Below, piece after piece: positions 18,509-28,649 of a stretch of DNA of 64,000 bases (position 1 is its first letter; every line of letters begins with the position of its first letter). The notes under the pieces are model-generated. The model saw only the letters and a list, made by a program, of their open reading frames with translations, did not search any database and had not been told where the DNA came from. Source of the DNA: an uncultured Holophaga sp. (lineage in GTDB: Bacteria > Acidobacteriota > Holophagae > Holophagales > Holophagaceae); NCBI GenBank assembly GCA_963664825.1, contig OY761614.1:2144001-2208000 (forward strand), in the 5' to 3' direction. The position numbers and the translations under genes are program-made.

Positions 18509-19240
18509 ATGTCCGGCCACAGCAAATGGTCCACCATCAAGCACAAGAAGGGGGCCGCCGACGCTAAGCGCGGCAAGGCCTTCACCAAGATCCTCAAGGA
18601 GATCACCGTGGGTGCTCGCCTGGGCGGCGGCGACGTGAACGCCAATCCTCGCCTGCGCCTCGCGGTGGATATGGCCAAGGCCGCTAATATGCCCAAGGAA
18701 AACTGGGAACGGGCCATCAAAAAGGGCACAGGTGAACTTGACGGCGTGACCTACGAGGAAGTGACCTATGAGGCCTATGGCCCGGGGGGCGCCGCCATCA
18801 TCGTCGAGGCCATGACCGATAACAAGAACCGCACCACCCCTGAGATCCGCAGCTACTTCTCCAAGTTCGGCGGCGATCTGGGGGCCGTGGGCAGCGTTTC
18901 CTACCTCTTCACCCGCCAGGGCCAGATCGTGGTCGAAGGCGAAATTTCTGAAGACAAGATCATGGAAGTGGCCTTGGAGGCCGGGGCCGATGATGTCATC
19001 CAGGACGAGGACGTCTGGATCATCAAGACCACGCCCGATTCCTATCAGGTCGTGAAGGACGCCGTGGACGCCGCCAAACTGCCCGTCCTTGAGGCCAAGA
19101 TCATCAATGCCGCCAGCACCAGCGTCGAGATGGATCCCGGGAAGCTGAAGAGTTTCCTCAAGCTCATCGACCTCCTGGAGGACAACGACGATGTGCAGAA
19201 CGTCTGGCACAATGCCGAATACGACGAACCGGAAGATTAG
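18509..19240 (+). CDS. yebC: YebC/PmpR (TACO1) family protein
   Basis: MSGHSKWSTIKHKK, YEAYGPGG, TDNKNRT and LEDNDDVQNV motifs. Confidence 0.97.
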   Translation: MSGHSKWSTIKHKKGAADAKRGKAFTKILKEITVGARLGGGDVNANPRLRLAVDMAKAANMPKENWERAIKKGTGELDGVTYEEVTYEAYGPGGAAIIVEAMTDNKNRTTPEIRSYFSKFGGDLGAVGSVSYLFTRQGQIVVEGEISEDKIMEVALEAGADDVIQDEDVWIIKTTPDSYQVVKDAVDAAKLPVLEAKIINAASTSVEMDPGKLKSFLKLIDLLEDNDDVQNVWHNAEYDEPED

Positions 19241-19252
19241 TCTTCCCTTATC

Positions 19253-19290
19253 CACAGAAATGCCCGGCGAATTCGCCGGGCATTTCTGTG
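19253..19290. terminator. 38-bp perfect palindrome, bidirectional terminator between yebC and copA
   Basis: CACAGAAATGCCCGGCGAATTCGCCGGGCATTTCTGTG. Confidence 0.75.
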
Positions 19291-19303
19291 AAAAGTCGGG
19301 GCT

Positions 19304-21406
19304 TCAGATCCGTCTTAGCCGCAGGGCGTTGATTACTACCGTAAGCGAACTGAGTCCCATGGCCGCGCTGGCGAGCATGGGACCGCCCACTTTTTCCAGC
19401 AGGCCGAAGGCCGCAAGGGGCACGAGGAGCAGGTTGTAGCCGAAGGCCCAGGCTAGGTTCTGGCGCACCACGGTGCGGGTGCGCCTCGCCAGTCGGTGGG
19501 CGCGCACCAGCGGCTCCAGGCCATCCCGCAGCAAGTTGAGGGGTGCGGCCACCTGGGTGGCTTCCAGGCCCGGCAGGGCGATGCCGGCATCGGCCTGGGC
19601 CAGGGCCGGGGCATCGTTGACGCCATCGCCCACGAAGGCTACAACAGCGCCCGCCTTCTGCAGCTCCTGGATGCGGGAGCACTTGGCTTCGGGTGTGCAG
19701 CCGCCGCGCGCTTCCGGGATGCCGAGGCTGCGGCCCAGTTCCTCCGCCACTTCGGGGCGGTCGCCGCTCAAGAGATGGAGCCGGAGGCCTGTCAAACGCA
19801 GCGCCTTCAAGACCGCGCGCGTCTCCGGGCGCTCCCGGTCCGCCAGCAGGATCACACCCTGGAGCGCCTGATCGTCCGCGAGGCCGACCACGGTGGTGCC
19901 CGCGGGGCTCGTGGGAGAGGCGAAGCCCAGCCACCCTGGATTGCCCAGACGCAGGCGCGTGCCATGGATGGTGGCCTCCACGCCCCCTCCCGGGTGGGCC
20001 TTGAAATTCTCCACCGCGGGCAGTTTCAGGTCCTTGGCCGCTTCCAGGATGCCTCTGGCGATGGGGTGCTCGGAATGCCCTTCCAGGGCCGCCGCCAGGC
20101 GCAGCACCTCGGAGGAGAGCCCGGTTTCCAGGGGCAGCACATCCACCACGGCGGGCCTTCCTTGGGTCAGGGTGCCCGTCTTGTCGAAGACCAGATCTGT
20201 GACGCAGGCTAGGCGTTCCATGGCGGAGGCTTCCCGCACCAGCAGGCCATTGCGTGCTGCTGTGCCCAGGGAGGCCGCCATGGCCACGGGAGTCGCCAGG
20301 CCCAGGGCGCAGGGGCAGGCGATGACCAGGACCGTCACCGCTGGGCGCCAAGCCACAGCGAAGCTGCCGCCGTGGATCCACCAACCCACCAGGGTGAATA
20401 GGGCCAGCACCAGGATGCCCGGTACAAAGACTGCCGAGATGCGGTCGGCCAGGGCCTGCACGGGGGCACGGCTGCCCTGGGCCTGTTCCACTTGGCTGGC
20501 TAAGCGGGCCAGCCAGGTGTCCCGCCCGGCCCCCTCCATCCGGATATCCAGGCTGCCTCCGTGGACCACGGCTCCGGCGATCACGCGGTCGCCCGGCCCC
20601 TTGGCAATGGGCATAGGTTCGCCGGTGAGCAGGGCCTCGGCCACGTCGGCCCGACCCTCCAGCACCGTGCCATCCACGGGGATGGCGCCGCCGGGCTTCA
20701 CCCGGACCCGGTCCCCGGGGTTGAGGAACTGGGTCAGGACGATCTCCTCGCCCTTATTCCTGATGCGCAGCGCCACGGGGGGAGCCAGGGCCAGCATGGC
20801 TTCCAGGGCATTGGTGGCCCTGTGCTTGGCCTTGGCCTCGAGATACTTCCCGATGAGGAGGAAGGCCACCAGCGCCGCCGCAGTCTCGAAGGGGGGGTGG
20901 GGCTTGTCCTGGATGCCCTCGACGAGGGCGAAGGTCCAGGCGATGCCTGCGCCCAGGGCCACCAGGGTATCCATGGTGGTCTCGAAGAGCAGCAGCTGCT
21001 TGATGGCGTTTTCAAAGAAGCGGCGCCCCGTGGCGAAGACCACCAGTGCCGAGAGCAGGGCCTGGACCATCCAGGGCAGATGGAAGTGCAGGCCGGGCAC
21101 CATGCCTACCATGAGCGGCAGTGTGAGGATCCAGGCCGCGATCACGCGAAAGAGGGCGAGCCGGGAGGCGGCCTCTTCTTCCAGGGCGAGTTCCAGGCTC
21201 TCGGTGGTCACCAGGCGGTAGCCCCGTTCCCGGAGGGCCTGGGCCAGAGGCTCTTCGGAAATGCCTTCATAGGTGATGGTGGCTTCTTCGGTGGCCAGGT
21301 TCACCACGGCGCTGGAAACTCCGGAAACGGCCGTCAGGGCCTTCTCCACGCGCCGCACACAGCTCGCACAGGTCATGCCCTCGACTTTGAACGTCTTCAC
21401 GGCCAT
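19304..21406 (-). CDS. copA: Cu(I)-translocating P1B-type ATPase
   Basis: GMTCASC HMA, TGEP, CPC, DKTGT, SEHP, GDGVND, YN and MGLSS motifs. Confidence 0.95.
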   Translation of the reverse strand: MAVKTFKVEGMTCASCVRRVEKALTAVSGVSSAVVNLATEEATITYEGISEEPLAQALRERGYRLVTTESLELALEEEAASRLALFRVIAAWILTLPLMVGMVPGLHFHLPWMVQALLSALVVFATGRRFFENAIKQLLLFETTMDTLVALGAGIAWTFALVEGIQDKPHPPFETAAALVAFLLIGKYLEAKAKHRATNALEAMLALAPPVALRIRNKGEEIVLTQFLNPGDRVRVKPGGAIPVDGTVLEGRADVAEALLTGEPMPIAKGPGDRVIAGAVVHGGSLDIRMEGAGRDTWLARLASQVEQAQGSRAPVQALADRISAVFVPGILVLALFTLVGWWIHGGSFAVAWRPAVTVLVIACPCALGLATPVAMAASLGTAARNGLLVREASAMERLACVTDLVFDKTGTLTQGRPAVVDVLPLETGLSSEVLRLAAALEGHSEHPIARGILEAAKDLKLPAVENFKAHPGGGVEATIHGTRLRLGNPGWLGFASPTSPAGTTVVGLADDQALQGVILLADRERPETRAVLKALRLTGLRLHLLSGDRPEVAEELGRSLGIPEARGGCTPEAKCSRIQELQKAGAVVAFVGDGVNDAPALAQADAGIALPGLEATQVAAPLNLLRDGLEPLVRAHRLARRTRTVVRQNLAWAFGYNLLLVPLAAFGLLEKVGGPMLASAAMGLSSLTVVINALRLRRI

Positions 21407-21496
21407 GGGGCCTCCCGCTTCTTAGGCTAATTCAGGAGCCCCACCGGTACCTCCAGGAATCGATCGGAATCACGGGTGCTTTGCCTTCCGCGGGGC

Positions 21497-21694
21497 TCAG
21501 TTCAGCTGGGCCGTATAGCCTTCGGCTTCCACGGCCTTGATCAGTGCGCTCATCTGGGCGCTGCCTTCGATCTGGGCCTCTCCTGCCTGGAGATCCACCT
21601 CCACGGAGGTGACACCGGCCACGGCCCCGAGGGCCTGTTTGACGTGCATGACGCAGTGGCCGCAGGTCATGCCTTCGATTTTCAATGTGACCAT
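21497..21694 (-). CDS. copZ: Copper chaperone (HMA domain)
   Basis: MVTLKIEGMTCGHCV; 65 aa; upstream of copA. Confidence 0.9.
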   Translation of the reverse strand: MVTLKIEGMTCGHCVMHVKQALGAVAGVTSVEVDLQAGEAQIEGSAQMSALIKAVEAEGYTAQLN

Positions 21695-21818
21695 GACATC
21701 CTCGGCAATTCCGCTGCCCCTTGTGGGCGCATGATAAGCATAGAACCCTCTTCGAAGGCATCCACGGGGAACTCGCAGGCCTGCCTTCTGGGGCGCAGTG
21801 CCCTCGCTGGATAAGCCC

Positions 21819-22631
21819 ATGGACCCTGATCTCTCCCGCATCGTGCGCCTTCTGGAAAGGGCCCAGGCCCTGCAGAGCCGGTCCTTCCTGCTTGCCGTTC
21901 AGCGTCGGCATCCGGAGGGCCCGGCCCGAGCCCTGATGGGTCGCTGGGGTTTTGCCCAGTGCTTTGCCGAGGGGCATTTTCTCAATCAAGCCCTGGCGCT
22001 CGGCCTGAATGGCCCGCTATCTTCGCGTCAGCTAGATCGAATCGAAGCGCTACTGGGTATGGGGGGGCATCCGGTCGTGCTTGAACTGGCGCCCACCGCC
22101 GATTCCGGCCTGAATGCCCTGCTGGCCGAACGGGGTTACCGCATCCAGGCCTTCCAGCAGGTGCTTCAGCGGGGGCTGAAAGCTCGGGAAGCGTTACCGG
22201 CGCCCACTTGGGATGGCCGAGTATCTGTGCGCGGCATTGGCCCCGAGGAAATGGACCTCTGGTGCCGGGTCGTGCAGGCGGGCTTCCAGGATTCGGATGA
22301 ACTGGAACCTGCCGAGGCCACGGCTTCCGGCTTCAGCGCGGAAGCCGAAGGCAATCATTTCTTCCTAGCCATGGTGGATGACCATCCGGCGGGGGCGGCC
22401 GTGCTCGGGTGTTTCAAGGGGGTGGGCGTGTGCTCTGGAACGAGCGTGCTGCCGGCCTTTCGGGGTCTTGGGGTCCAGAGGGCCCTCCTGGCGGCTCGTT
22501 TGGAAGCCGCCAAAGGAAAACGCTGCCGATGGGCCTGTGCCGCCGTGCTCCCCGGGGCGGCCTCCCAGGCCAACTTGGAACGATGCGGTTTCCGCGTGGC
22601 CTACCCGAAGCTCGAAATGACGCGGTCTTGA
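21819..22631 (+). CDS. GNAT-family N-acetyltransferase
   Basis: C-terminal VLPAFRGLGVQRAL...SQANLERCGF. Confidence 0.85.
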   Translation: MDPDLSRIVRLLERAQALQSRSFLLAVQRRHPEGPARALMGRWGFAQCFAEGHFLNQALALGLNGPLSSRQLDRIEALLGMGGHPVVLELAPTADSGLNALLAERGYRIQAFQQVLQRGLKAREALPAPTWDGRVSVRGIGPEEMDLWCRVVQAGFQDSDELEPAEATASGFSAEAEGNHFFLAMVDDHPAGAAVLGCFKGVGVCSGTSVLPAFRGLGVQRALLAARLEAAKGKRCRWACAAVLPGAASQANLERCGFRVAYPKLEMTRS

Positions 22632-22687
22632 GCCCCATTTCGACGCTAGACGAGCCTGGGGTGCGACAATTGCTCCCGGAGTCATCC

Positions 22688-23758
22688 ATGGCACGGGAAC
22701 AGGCTGAAATTCTCATCATCGGAGGCGGCATCGCGGGGCTCTCCACGGCCTTCCATCTGGCCCAGGCCGGTCAGAAGGGCGTGCTGCTGCTGGACCGGGA
22801 AGACCAGCCGGGCTTCTACGCCAGCGGCCACAACGCCGGTGTGGGGCGCCAACTCACGGGCCGCCCTGAGCACACGGCCCTTGCCGTGGAGGGCTCCCGG
22901 CGCCTTCATGAGGCGGGCCTCATCGATGCTCGGGGCGGTCTGCTCCTCGGGGCCGAAGGGGGAGGAACGGATGCTCTCGCCGCCGAGGCCGCGCATTTCG
23001 AACTGCCGGTAATGCGCGGCGCCGGAGCCGTGCTGCCTGGGCTCCTGGCCGTGGAGCATCTGGCCATAGCCTCCGATGGGGTCATCGATACGGACCGGCT
23101 GTTGAACTACTGCGCCGAGGGCGCCCGGGCCGGGGGAGCGAGGCTCCACTTTGGTTGGGAGGTACGGGGCATCCAGGTTTCCGGCGATGGATTCGATGTC
23201 CAAACCGATCAGGGCCTGGTTCACACCCACATGCTGGTTAATGCCGCGGGAGCCTGGTGCGGCGAAGTGGGGCGCTGGGCCGGTGGCCTCGATCTCGCCT
23301 TCGATGCGCCGCGCCGCCATCTGGTCTGGAGCAACGCGCCCTATCCCGTCGATCAGCCCTGGGCCTGGTGGGCGGATCGCCCGTTCTACGTGAGGCCCGA
23401 ATCCGGCGGACTGCTCCTATGCGCCTGCGAGGAACAGGCAACGCCGCTGCCGCCCCGCCATGTCCAGCCCGAGAACGACGCAGGTATCCTGGAGAACCTG
23501 TTCGGGAGCCTGCGCGAACTGGCCCCCACCTTCGCGGATCTGCCCATCGCGCGCCTCTGGTGCGGCCTGCGCACCTTCGCGCCGGACCGCCGTTTCGTCC
23601 TGGGTCCCGACCCGATCCAGCCGAATCTCTTCTGGGTCGCCGGTCTCGGAGGCCACGGCATGACCTCGGGCCTGGCCGTGGGTGCCTTGGCGGCCCGGGT
23701 GGTGCTGGGCAAGGCTTCGACCGGCATCCTGGATCCCGGGAGACTGCGCAGCCTCTGA
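22688..23758 (+). CDS. FAD-dependent oxidoreductase (DAO/glycine oxidase family)
   Basis: IIGGGIAG, SGHNAG, VNAAGAW, WCGLRTFAPD and GLGGHG motifs. Confidence 0.9.
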   Translation: MAREQAEILIIGGGIAGLSTAFHLAQAGQKGVLLLDREDQPGFYASGHNAGVGRQLTGRPEHTALAVEGSRRLHEAGLIDARGGLLLGAEGGGTDALAAEAAHFELPVMRGAGAVLPGLLAVEHLAIASDGVIDTDRLLNYCAEGARAGGARLHFGWEVRGIQVSGDGFDVQTDQGLVHTHMLVNAAGAWCGEVGRWAGGLDLAFDAPRRHLVWSNAPYPVDQPWAWWADRPFYVRPESGGLLLCACEEQATPLPPRHVQPENDAGILENLFGSLRELAPTFADLPIARLWCGLRTFAPDRRFVLGPDPIQPNLFWVAGLGGHGMTSGLAVGALAARVVLGKASTGILDPGRLRSL

Positions 23759-23764
23759 GCTCTT

Positions 23765-24238
23765 CTACTCGATCACGCAGAGCAGCTGACGCATCTCGAC
23801 GTTCTCGCCCTGCTTGACGCTCAGCTGCCGGAGGGTGCCTGTCATCTTGGCGTGGATATCGTTCTGCATCTTCATGGCCTCCAGGATGAGGATGGTTTCG
23901 CCCACGTCGACGTGTTCACCCTCCTGCTTGAGGATCTTGATGATGAGGCCCGGCATGATGGCCGTCACGGCACCTGCAGCCTCGACGCTCGCGACCTTGT
24001 GGCTCTTCGAAGGGCCCTTGGATTCTTTCAGTCCCTTCGCTTCGAAGCTGTAGGCGATGCCATCCACTTCGGCAGAGGCGTTCGAGAGCTTCACCGGGTG
24101 GGGGGTGCCGCTGATGATGGGCTGGCCATCCTTCATGGAACAAGTGAATTCCACGCCGTTGACGACCAGCAGGTCGCCCCGGCGCTCGATCTCGTAGGGC
24201 GCGCCCTCCAGCATCAGCGTGAACTTGTTGTTGGCCAT
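23765..24238 (-). CDS. Biotin carboxyl carrier protein
   Basis: EAMKM biotinylation motif. Confidence 0.93.
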   Translation of the reverse strand: MANNKFTLMLEGAPYEIERRGDLLVVNGVEFTCSMKDGQPIISGTPHPVKLSNASAEVDGIAYSFEAKGLKESKGPSKSHKVASVEAAGAVTAIMPGLIIKILKQEGEHVDVGETILILEAMKMQNDIHAKMTGTLRQLSVKQGENVEMRQLLCVIE

Positions 24239-24239
24239 G

Positions 24240-25727
24240 TCACCACCCCTCTTTCCCAATGCCCCGGGAGCTCAGTTTCCAAGGAGACACCTGGCGGGCA
24301 GGGGCCGTCACAGGTGGAGCCTTCTTCTGGTCCGCCTGTTGGAAGAGGGTGGCCGCGATGGCCGCCGCTACTTCCTCCTTGCCCCCCAGGCCCTTGGCGC
24401 GCCGTTCGAAGAAGGGCCTGGCGACCTGGGGGAAGAGCGCGTAGCTGAGCACGTCCTCCTCGCAGCCCGCGAGCCCGCCGATCTCCTGGCGAGCGGCCTC
24501 CAGGCCTGGCGGGAGCATATCGGCGGGGCGGCAGGTGATGGGCTTTTCCGTGCCGATGGCCTTCTGGCGGATGACGGGATCCATGGGGGCGGGAGGTTGG
24601 CCGTAGTAGCCCCGGAAGTACTGCTTCACTTCCTCTGGGATGATCTTGTAGCGCTCACCGAGCATGACATTGAGTGTCGCCTGAGTTCCGACAATCTGGG
24701 ACGAGGGCGTGACCAGGGGCGGGTAGCCCATGTCCTTGCGCACCCTCGGGATCTCGTCGAGCACCTCGTAGTATTTGTCCATGGCGCCCTGCTGGCGCAG
24801 CTGGCCGATGAGGTTCGTGAGCATGCCACCGGGTACCTGGAACTGAAGCACGTTCACGTCCACCGGGGCGATGCCCGCTTCGAAGCTCGCGTATTTCTTT
24901 CGGATCTCCGTGGTCATCCGGGCGATATCGGCCAGTTTCGGAAGATCCAGGCCCGTGTCCTGCTCCGTGCCCTTGAGGGCGGCCACGATGGTTTCCGTGG
25001 GCGGCTGGGAGGTGCTCATGGCCATGGCCGAGATGGCGCAATCCACCACATCCACGCCCGCTTCGGCGGCCTTGAGGAGGGCGGCCGTGCCGAAACCCGA
25101 GGTGTAGTGGGTGTGGAGCTGCACGGGCAGACCCACGCGCTCCTTGAGGGCCTTCACCAGCTCAAAGGCCACGTAGGGCGTGATGAGCCCGGCCATGTCC
25201 TTGATGGCGATGCTATCGGCGCCCAGGCTCTTGAGATCGGCCCCCATCTTCACGAAGGCCTCCGTGCTGTGCACGGGGCTGATGGTGTAGCTGATGACGC
25301 CCTGCACATGGCCGCCTTCGCGCTTGGCGATCTTCATGGCGAATTCCATGTTGCGGAGATCATTGAGCGCGTCGAAGATGCGGAAGACATCGACGCCATT
25401 CTGCTTGGCCAGCACCACGAAGCGCTCGACGATATCGTCGGGATAGTGCTTGTAGCCCACCACATTCTGGCCCCGGAGCAGCATCTGGAAGGGGGTCTTG
25501 GGCATGGCCTTCTTGAGGGTGCGCAACCGCTCCCAGGGGTCTTCCCCGAGAAAACGCATGGCCGTATCGAAGGTGGCGCCGCCCCAGACTTCCAGAGACC
25601 AGTAGCCGATGTCATCGAGCCTGGAACAGAGGGGCAGCATGTCCTCGGTGCGCATGCGGGTGGCAAGCAGGCTCTGGTGGGCATCCCGCAGCAGCGTCTC
25701 GCAGATCCTCAGGGGATTCTTGTTCAT
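24240..25727 (-). CDS. Pyruvate/oxaloacetate carboxyltransferase (OadA/PycB/transcarboxylase 5S-like)
   Basis: LRDAHQSLLATR, WGGATFD, IKDMAG, HTH and VTPSSQIVG motifs; no fused biotin domain. Confidence 0.93.
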   Translation of the reverse strand: MNKNPLRICETLLRDAHQSLLATRMRTEDMLPLCSRLDDIGYWSLEVWGGATFDTAMRFLGEDPWERLRTLKKAMPKTPFQMLLRGQNVVGYKHYPDDIVERFVVLAKQNGVDVFRIFDALNDLRNMEFAMKIAKREGGHVQGVISYTISPVHSTEAFVKMGADLKSLGADSIAIKDMAGLITPYVAFELVKALKERVGLPVQLHTHYTSGFGTAALLKAAEAGVDVVDCAISAMAMSTSQPPTETIVAALKGTEQDTGLDLPKLADIARMTTEIRKKYASFEAGIAPVDVNVLQFQVPGGMLTNLIGQLRQQGAMDKYYEVLDEIPRVRKDMGYPPLVTPSSQIVGTQATLNVMLGERYKIIPEEVKQYFRGYYGQPPAPMDPVIRQKAIGTEKPITCRPADMLPPGLEAARQEIGGLAGCEEDVLSYALFPQVARPFFERRAKGLGGKEEVAAAIAATLFQQADQKKAPPVTAPARQVSPWKLSSRGIGKEGW

Positions 25728-25780
25728 CTGGCTACTCCATATCCGGGGGCTTCACCATCAGCGTTCCTGCCCCTGCGCGC

Positions 25781-27331
25781 TCAGAGCGGCATGGTGGAAT
25801 GCTTGCGCGGCGGGTTGCTATCGCGCTTGTTCTGGCAGATCTTCAGGGCCTCGATGAGGCGGGGGCGCGTCTCGGAGGGATCGATGACATCGTCCAGGTA
25901 GCCCCTGCCCGCGGCCACGAAGGGATTGGCGAACTTCTCCTTGTAGGTCTCGATGAGCTCCGCGCGCTTGGCTGCCGGGTCCTCGGCCTCCTGGAGCTCC
26001 TTGCGGAAGATGATGTTGACCGCGCCATCCGGGCCCATAACGGCGATTTCGCCCGTGGGCCAGGCCACGTTGTAGTCGCCGCGGATGTGCTTGGAACTCA
26101 TCACGTCGTAGGCGCCGCCGTAGGCCTTGCGCGTGATCACGGTGAGCTTGGGGACAGTCGCCTCGCAGTAGGCATAGAGCAGCTTGGCGCCATGGACGAT
26201 GATGCCGTCGTGCTCCTGGTTCACCCCGGGCATGAAGCCGGGCACATCCTCGAAGGTGATGATGGGGATATTGAATGCGTCGCAGAAGCGCACGAAACGC
26301 GCACCCTTCACCGAGGCCTTGATATCCAGCACGCCGGCCAGGAAGGTGGGTTGGTTGGCCACGATGCCCACCACATGGCCGCCCAGGCGGGCAAATCCCA
26401 CGATGATGTTGCCCGCATAGGCCGCGTGGATCTCGAAGAAGTCGCCGTTGTCGACGACCTTCGAGAGGACCTCGTGCATATCGTAGGCCTTGCGCGGATC
26501 ATCGGGCACCACGCTATTGAGCGCCTCGTCCCGGCGGTTGGGATCGTCTCCCGTATCCAGGAAGGGCGGATCCTCCATGTTATTGGAGGGGAGGTAGCTG
26601 GTCAGGGTGCGGATCTGTTCGAGGGCGTCCTGCTCGTCCTCACAGGCCAGATGGGCCACGCCGCTCTTGGTGGCGTGCACGGTGGCGCCCCCCAGATCGT
26701 CCATGCTCACGTCCTCGTGGGTGACGGTCTTCACCACATCGGGGCCCGTGATGAACATGTGGCTGGTCTTCTTGACCATCACGATGAAATCCGTGAGGGC
26801 CGGGCTGTAGACCGCGCCGCCCGCGCAGGGCCCGAGGATGGCGCTGATTTGAGGGATGACGCCCGAGGCAAGCGTATTGCGCAGAAAGATATCGGCGTAG
26901 GCCCCCAGGGAGACGACGCCCTCCTGGATGCGCGCGCCGCCCGAGTCGTTGAGGCCGATGACGGGCAGGCCGTTCTTCATGGCCAGGTCCATCACCTTGC
27001 AGATCTTCTCGGCGTGGACTTCACCCAGGGAACCGCCCAGGACCGTGAAATCCTGGCTGAAGACATATACGGATCGGCCTTGGATCTGGCCCCATCCCGT
27101 CACGACGCTATCTCCCAGGAACTCCTTCTTGTCCATGCCGAAGTCGTGGGTGCGATGGGTGACAAACGCATCTAATTCGCGGAACGTTCCCTTGTCCAGC
27201 AGCGCGTCGATGCGCTCCCGGGCCGTCAGCTTGCCCTTGTCATGCTGGGCGTCGATGCGGTCCTGCCCGCCCCCCAGGAGGGACTCTTCACGCAGCCTCT
27301 GAAGCATCTCCTTCTTGGCTTTCGTATCCAT
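25781..27331 (-). CDS. Acyl-CoA carboxyltransferase (PccB/MmdA/transcarboxylase 12S-like)
   Basis: [32 protein letters not shown] and RKAYGGAY motifs. Confidence 0.95.
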   Translation of the reverse strand: MDTKAKKEMLQRLREESLLGGGQDRIDAQHDKGKLTARERIDALLDKGTFRELDAFVTHRTHDFGMDKKEFLGDSVVTGWGQIQGRSVYVFSQDFTVLGGSLGEVHAEKICKVMDLAMKNGLPVIGLNDSGGARIQEGVVSLGAYADIFLRNTLASGVIPQISAILGPCAGGAVYSPALTDFIVMVKKTSHMFITGPDVVKTVTHEDVSMDDLGGATVHATKSGVAHLACEDEQDALEQIRTLTSYLPSNNMEDPPFLDTGDDPNRRDEALNSVVPDDPRKAYDMHEVLSKVVDNGDFFEIHAAYAGNIIVGFARLGGHVVGIVANQPTFLAGVLDIKASVKGARFVRFCDAFNIPIITFEDVPGFMPGVNQEHDGIIVHGAKLLYAYCEATVPKLTVITRKAYGGAYDVMSSKHIRGDYNVAWPTGEIAVMGPDGAVNIIFRKELQEAEDPAAKRAELIETYKEKFANPFVAAGRGYLDDVIDPSETRPRLIEALKICQNKRDSNPPRKHSTMPL

Positions 27332-27404
27332 CCAATGTCCTCCCTAGCGTTTGAATTCCGAGGCGAAGATTCGCTGAACCCTGCTGAATCCCTTGGCGCA
27401 ATTG

Positions 27405-27421
27405 TGCAAGCACCGAGCCTG
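27405..27421 (-). promoter_or_regulatory. Putative sigma54 promoter for the carboxyltransferase operon
   Basis: CAGGCTCGGTGCTTGCA (GG-N10-GC, TTGCA -12), ~75 nt upstream of the ATG. Confidence 0.45.
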
Positions 27422-27543
27422 CAAAGGGAAAGAGAAATGGGAAGGCGCCATCCAGGACCGTCCTTCTGTCCGGAATCGAGGGCTCAGGTTCTCGGCACAG
27501 AGACTCTTCTTCCGGAAAAGCCTATGACGGGTGGCTCTTCGCC

Positions 27544-27930
27544 TCAGCGCAGGACAAGGCTTTCTTCGACCTCGAAGACCTTCACGGCCCAGGGGTATTT
27601 GAAGCGGGGACGGTCCACCACTTCCCCATCCACCGTGTCGACCCGCACCCGGTAGGTATCCCCCCGCCGGACCTGGTATTGGGTGGGGCAGGATTCGTCC
27701 CCCTGGGGCCAGAAGGCTTCGATCACGCCCTCGTAGGCATGCTTGAGGCCCCGCTCGGAGCACCAGGAGACCCGCGTGCCGATGGGCATGGGCTCTTCCA
27801 CCACCCGGGCCTTGAGACGACCCTTGAAACTATCGGTCTCCGGCCCGAAGAGCCTCTGGACGGCAGGGGCGATGATCTTCCGACGCTCCTCCCGGGAGAT
27901 GCCTTTCGGTGCCCCGGTTTCCGTTTCCAC
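27544..27930 (-). CDS. Hypothetical protein (128 aa, possible small beta-barrel)
   Basis: GTG start with GGAGGTG RBS; fills the intergenic space. Confidence 0.65.
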   Translation of the reverse strand: METETGAPKGISREERRKIIAPAVQRLFGPETDSFKGRLKARVVEEPMPIGTRVSWCSERGLKHAYEGVIEAFWPQGDESCPTQYQVRRGDTYRVRVDTVDGEVVDRPRFKYPWAVKVFEVEESLVLR

Positions 27931-28100
27931 GATTTCACCTCCAAGCCCATTCATGGCCCTTGTGGAGCCCAGAATGCTGTCTCCATTGTGCCGCATCCGG
28001 GCCCAAGGTGCTGCGAATCCCCGAAGCCAGGACCCTGGGCATCGGTGACCCGTGCAACCTCGGTATGCCGATATCCTGTTTGGTTCCCACGAGGATTCTG

Positions 28101-28649
28101 ATGCTATCTGCCTACCTGCTCTGGGTGCGCGCCCATCCCCTGCTTTCGGCTGCCGTCCAGTTCGCCATTTTGGGTACTCTGGGGGAAATGGTGGCCTCAA
28201 GCCTGAAGTCGCGGCGTTTGGCCCTGCCTTGCGGAGCCTTGAAGCTGGCGCTGAAGGTCTTGGCCTGGGCCCTGCTCGGGCTGGTCATCAAATACGGGTT
28301 TACGGGGATGAAGGGCTTCACGGAGCTGCTCCTAGCCAAGGGCATGCTGCCCTCCTGTCTGGCCCAGGGGGTCGGGCATGCCATCGCGATTTCCGTCCTG
28401 ACCAATACCTTCTTCGGTCCACAGATGATGTTGTTCCACCGCATCGAGGACAACCTGATCCTGGGACAGCATGGCTTCAATGGCATCCAGAAGGCCTGGG
28501 GAACCCTGCTCTGGTTCTGGATTCCAGCCCATTCCCTGACCTTCAGCCTCCCTCCGGATTACCAGATCGGACTGGCGGCCTTCTGGGGCCTCGTCCTCGG
28601 CATCCTCCTGGGATGGGCCAAACCAGAGAGTCACTCCTCTGAGGCGTAG
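28101..28649 (+). CDS. Mpv17/PMP22-like membrane protein
   Basis: Multiple TMs; NTFFGP and WFWIPAHSLTFSLP motifs. Confidence 0.7.
   Translation: MLSAYLLWVRAHPLLSAAVQFAILGTLGEMVASSLKSRRLALPCGALKLALKVLAWALLGLVIKYGFTGMKGFTELLLAKGMLPSCLAQGVGHAIAISVLTNTFFGPQMMLFHRIEDNLILGQHGFNGIQKAWGTLLWFWIPAHSLTFSLPPDYQIGLAAFWGLVLGILLGWAKPESHSSEA

Noticed and set aside
19248..19256. Perfect DnaA box TTATCCACA
   Set aside because: Single copy overlapping a terminator palindrome; no box cluster, AT-rich unwinding element or dnaA nearby.
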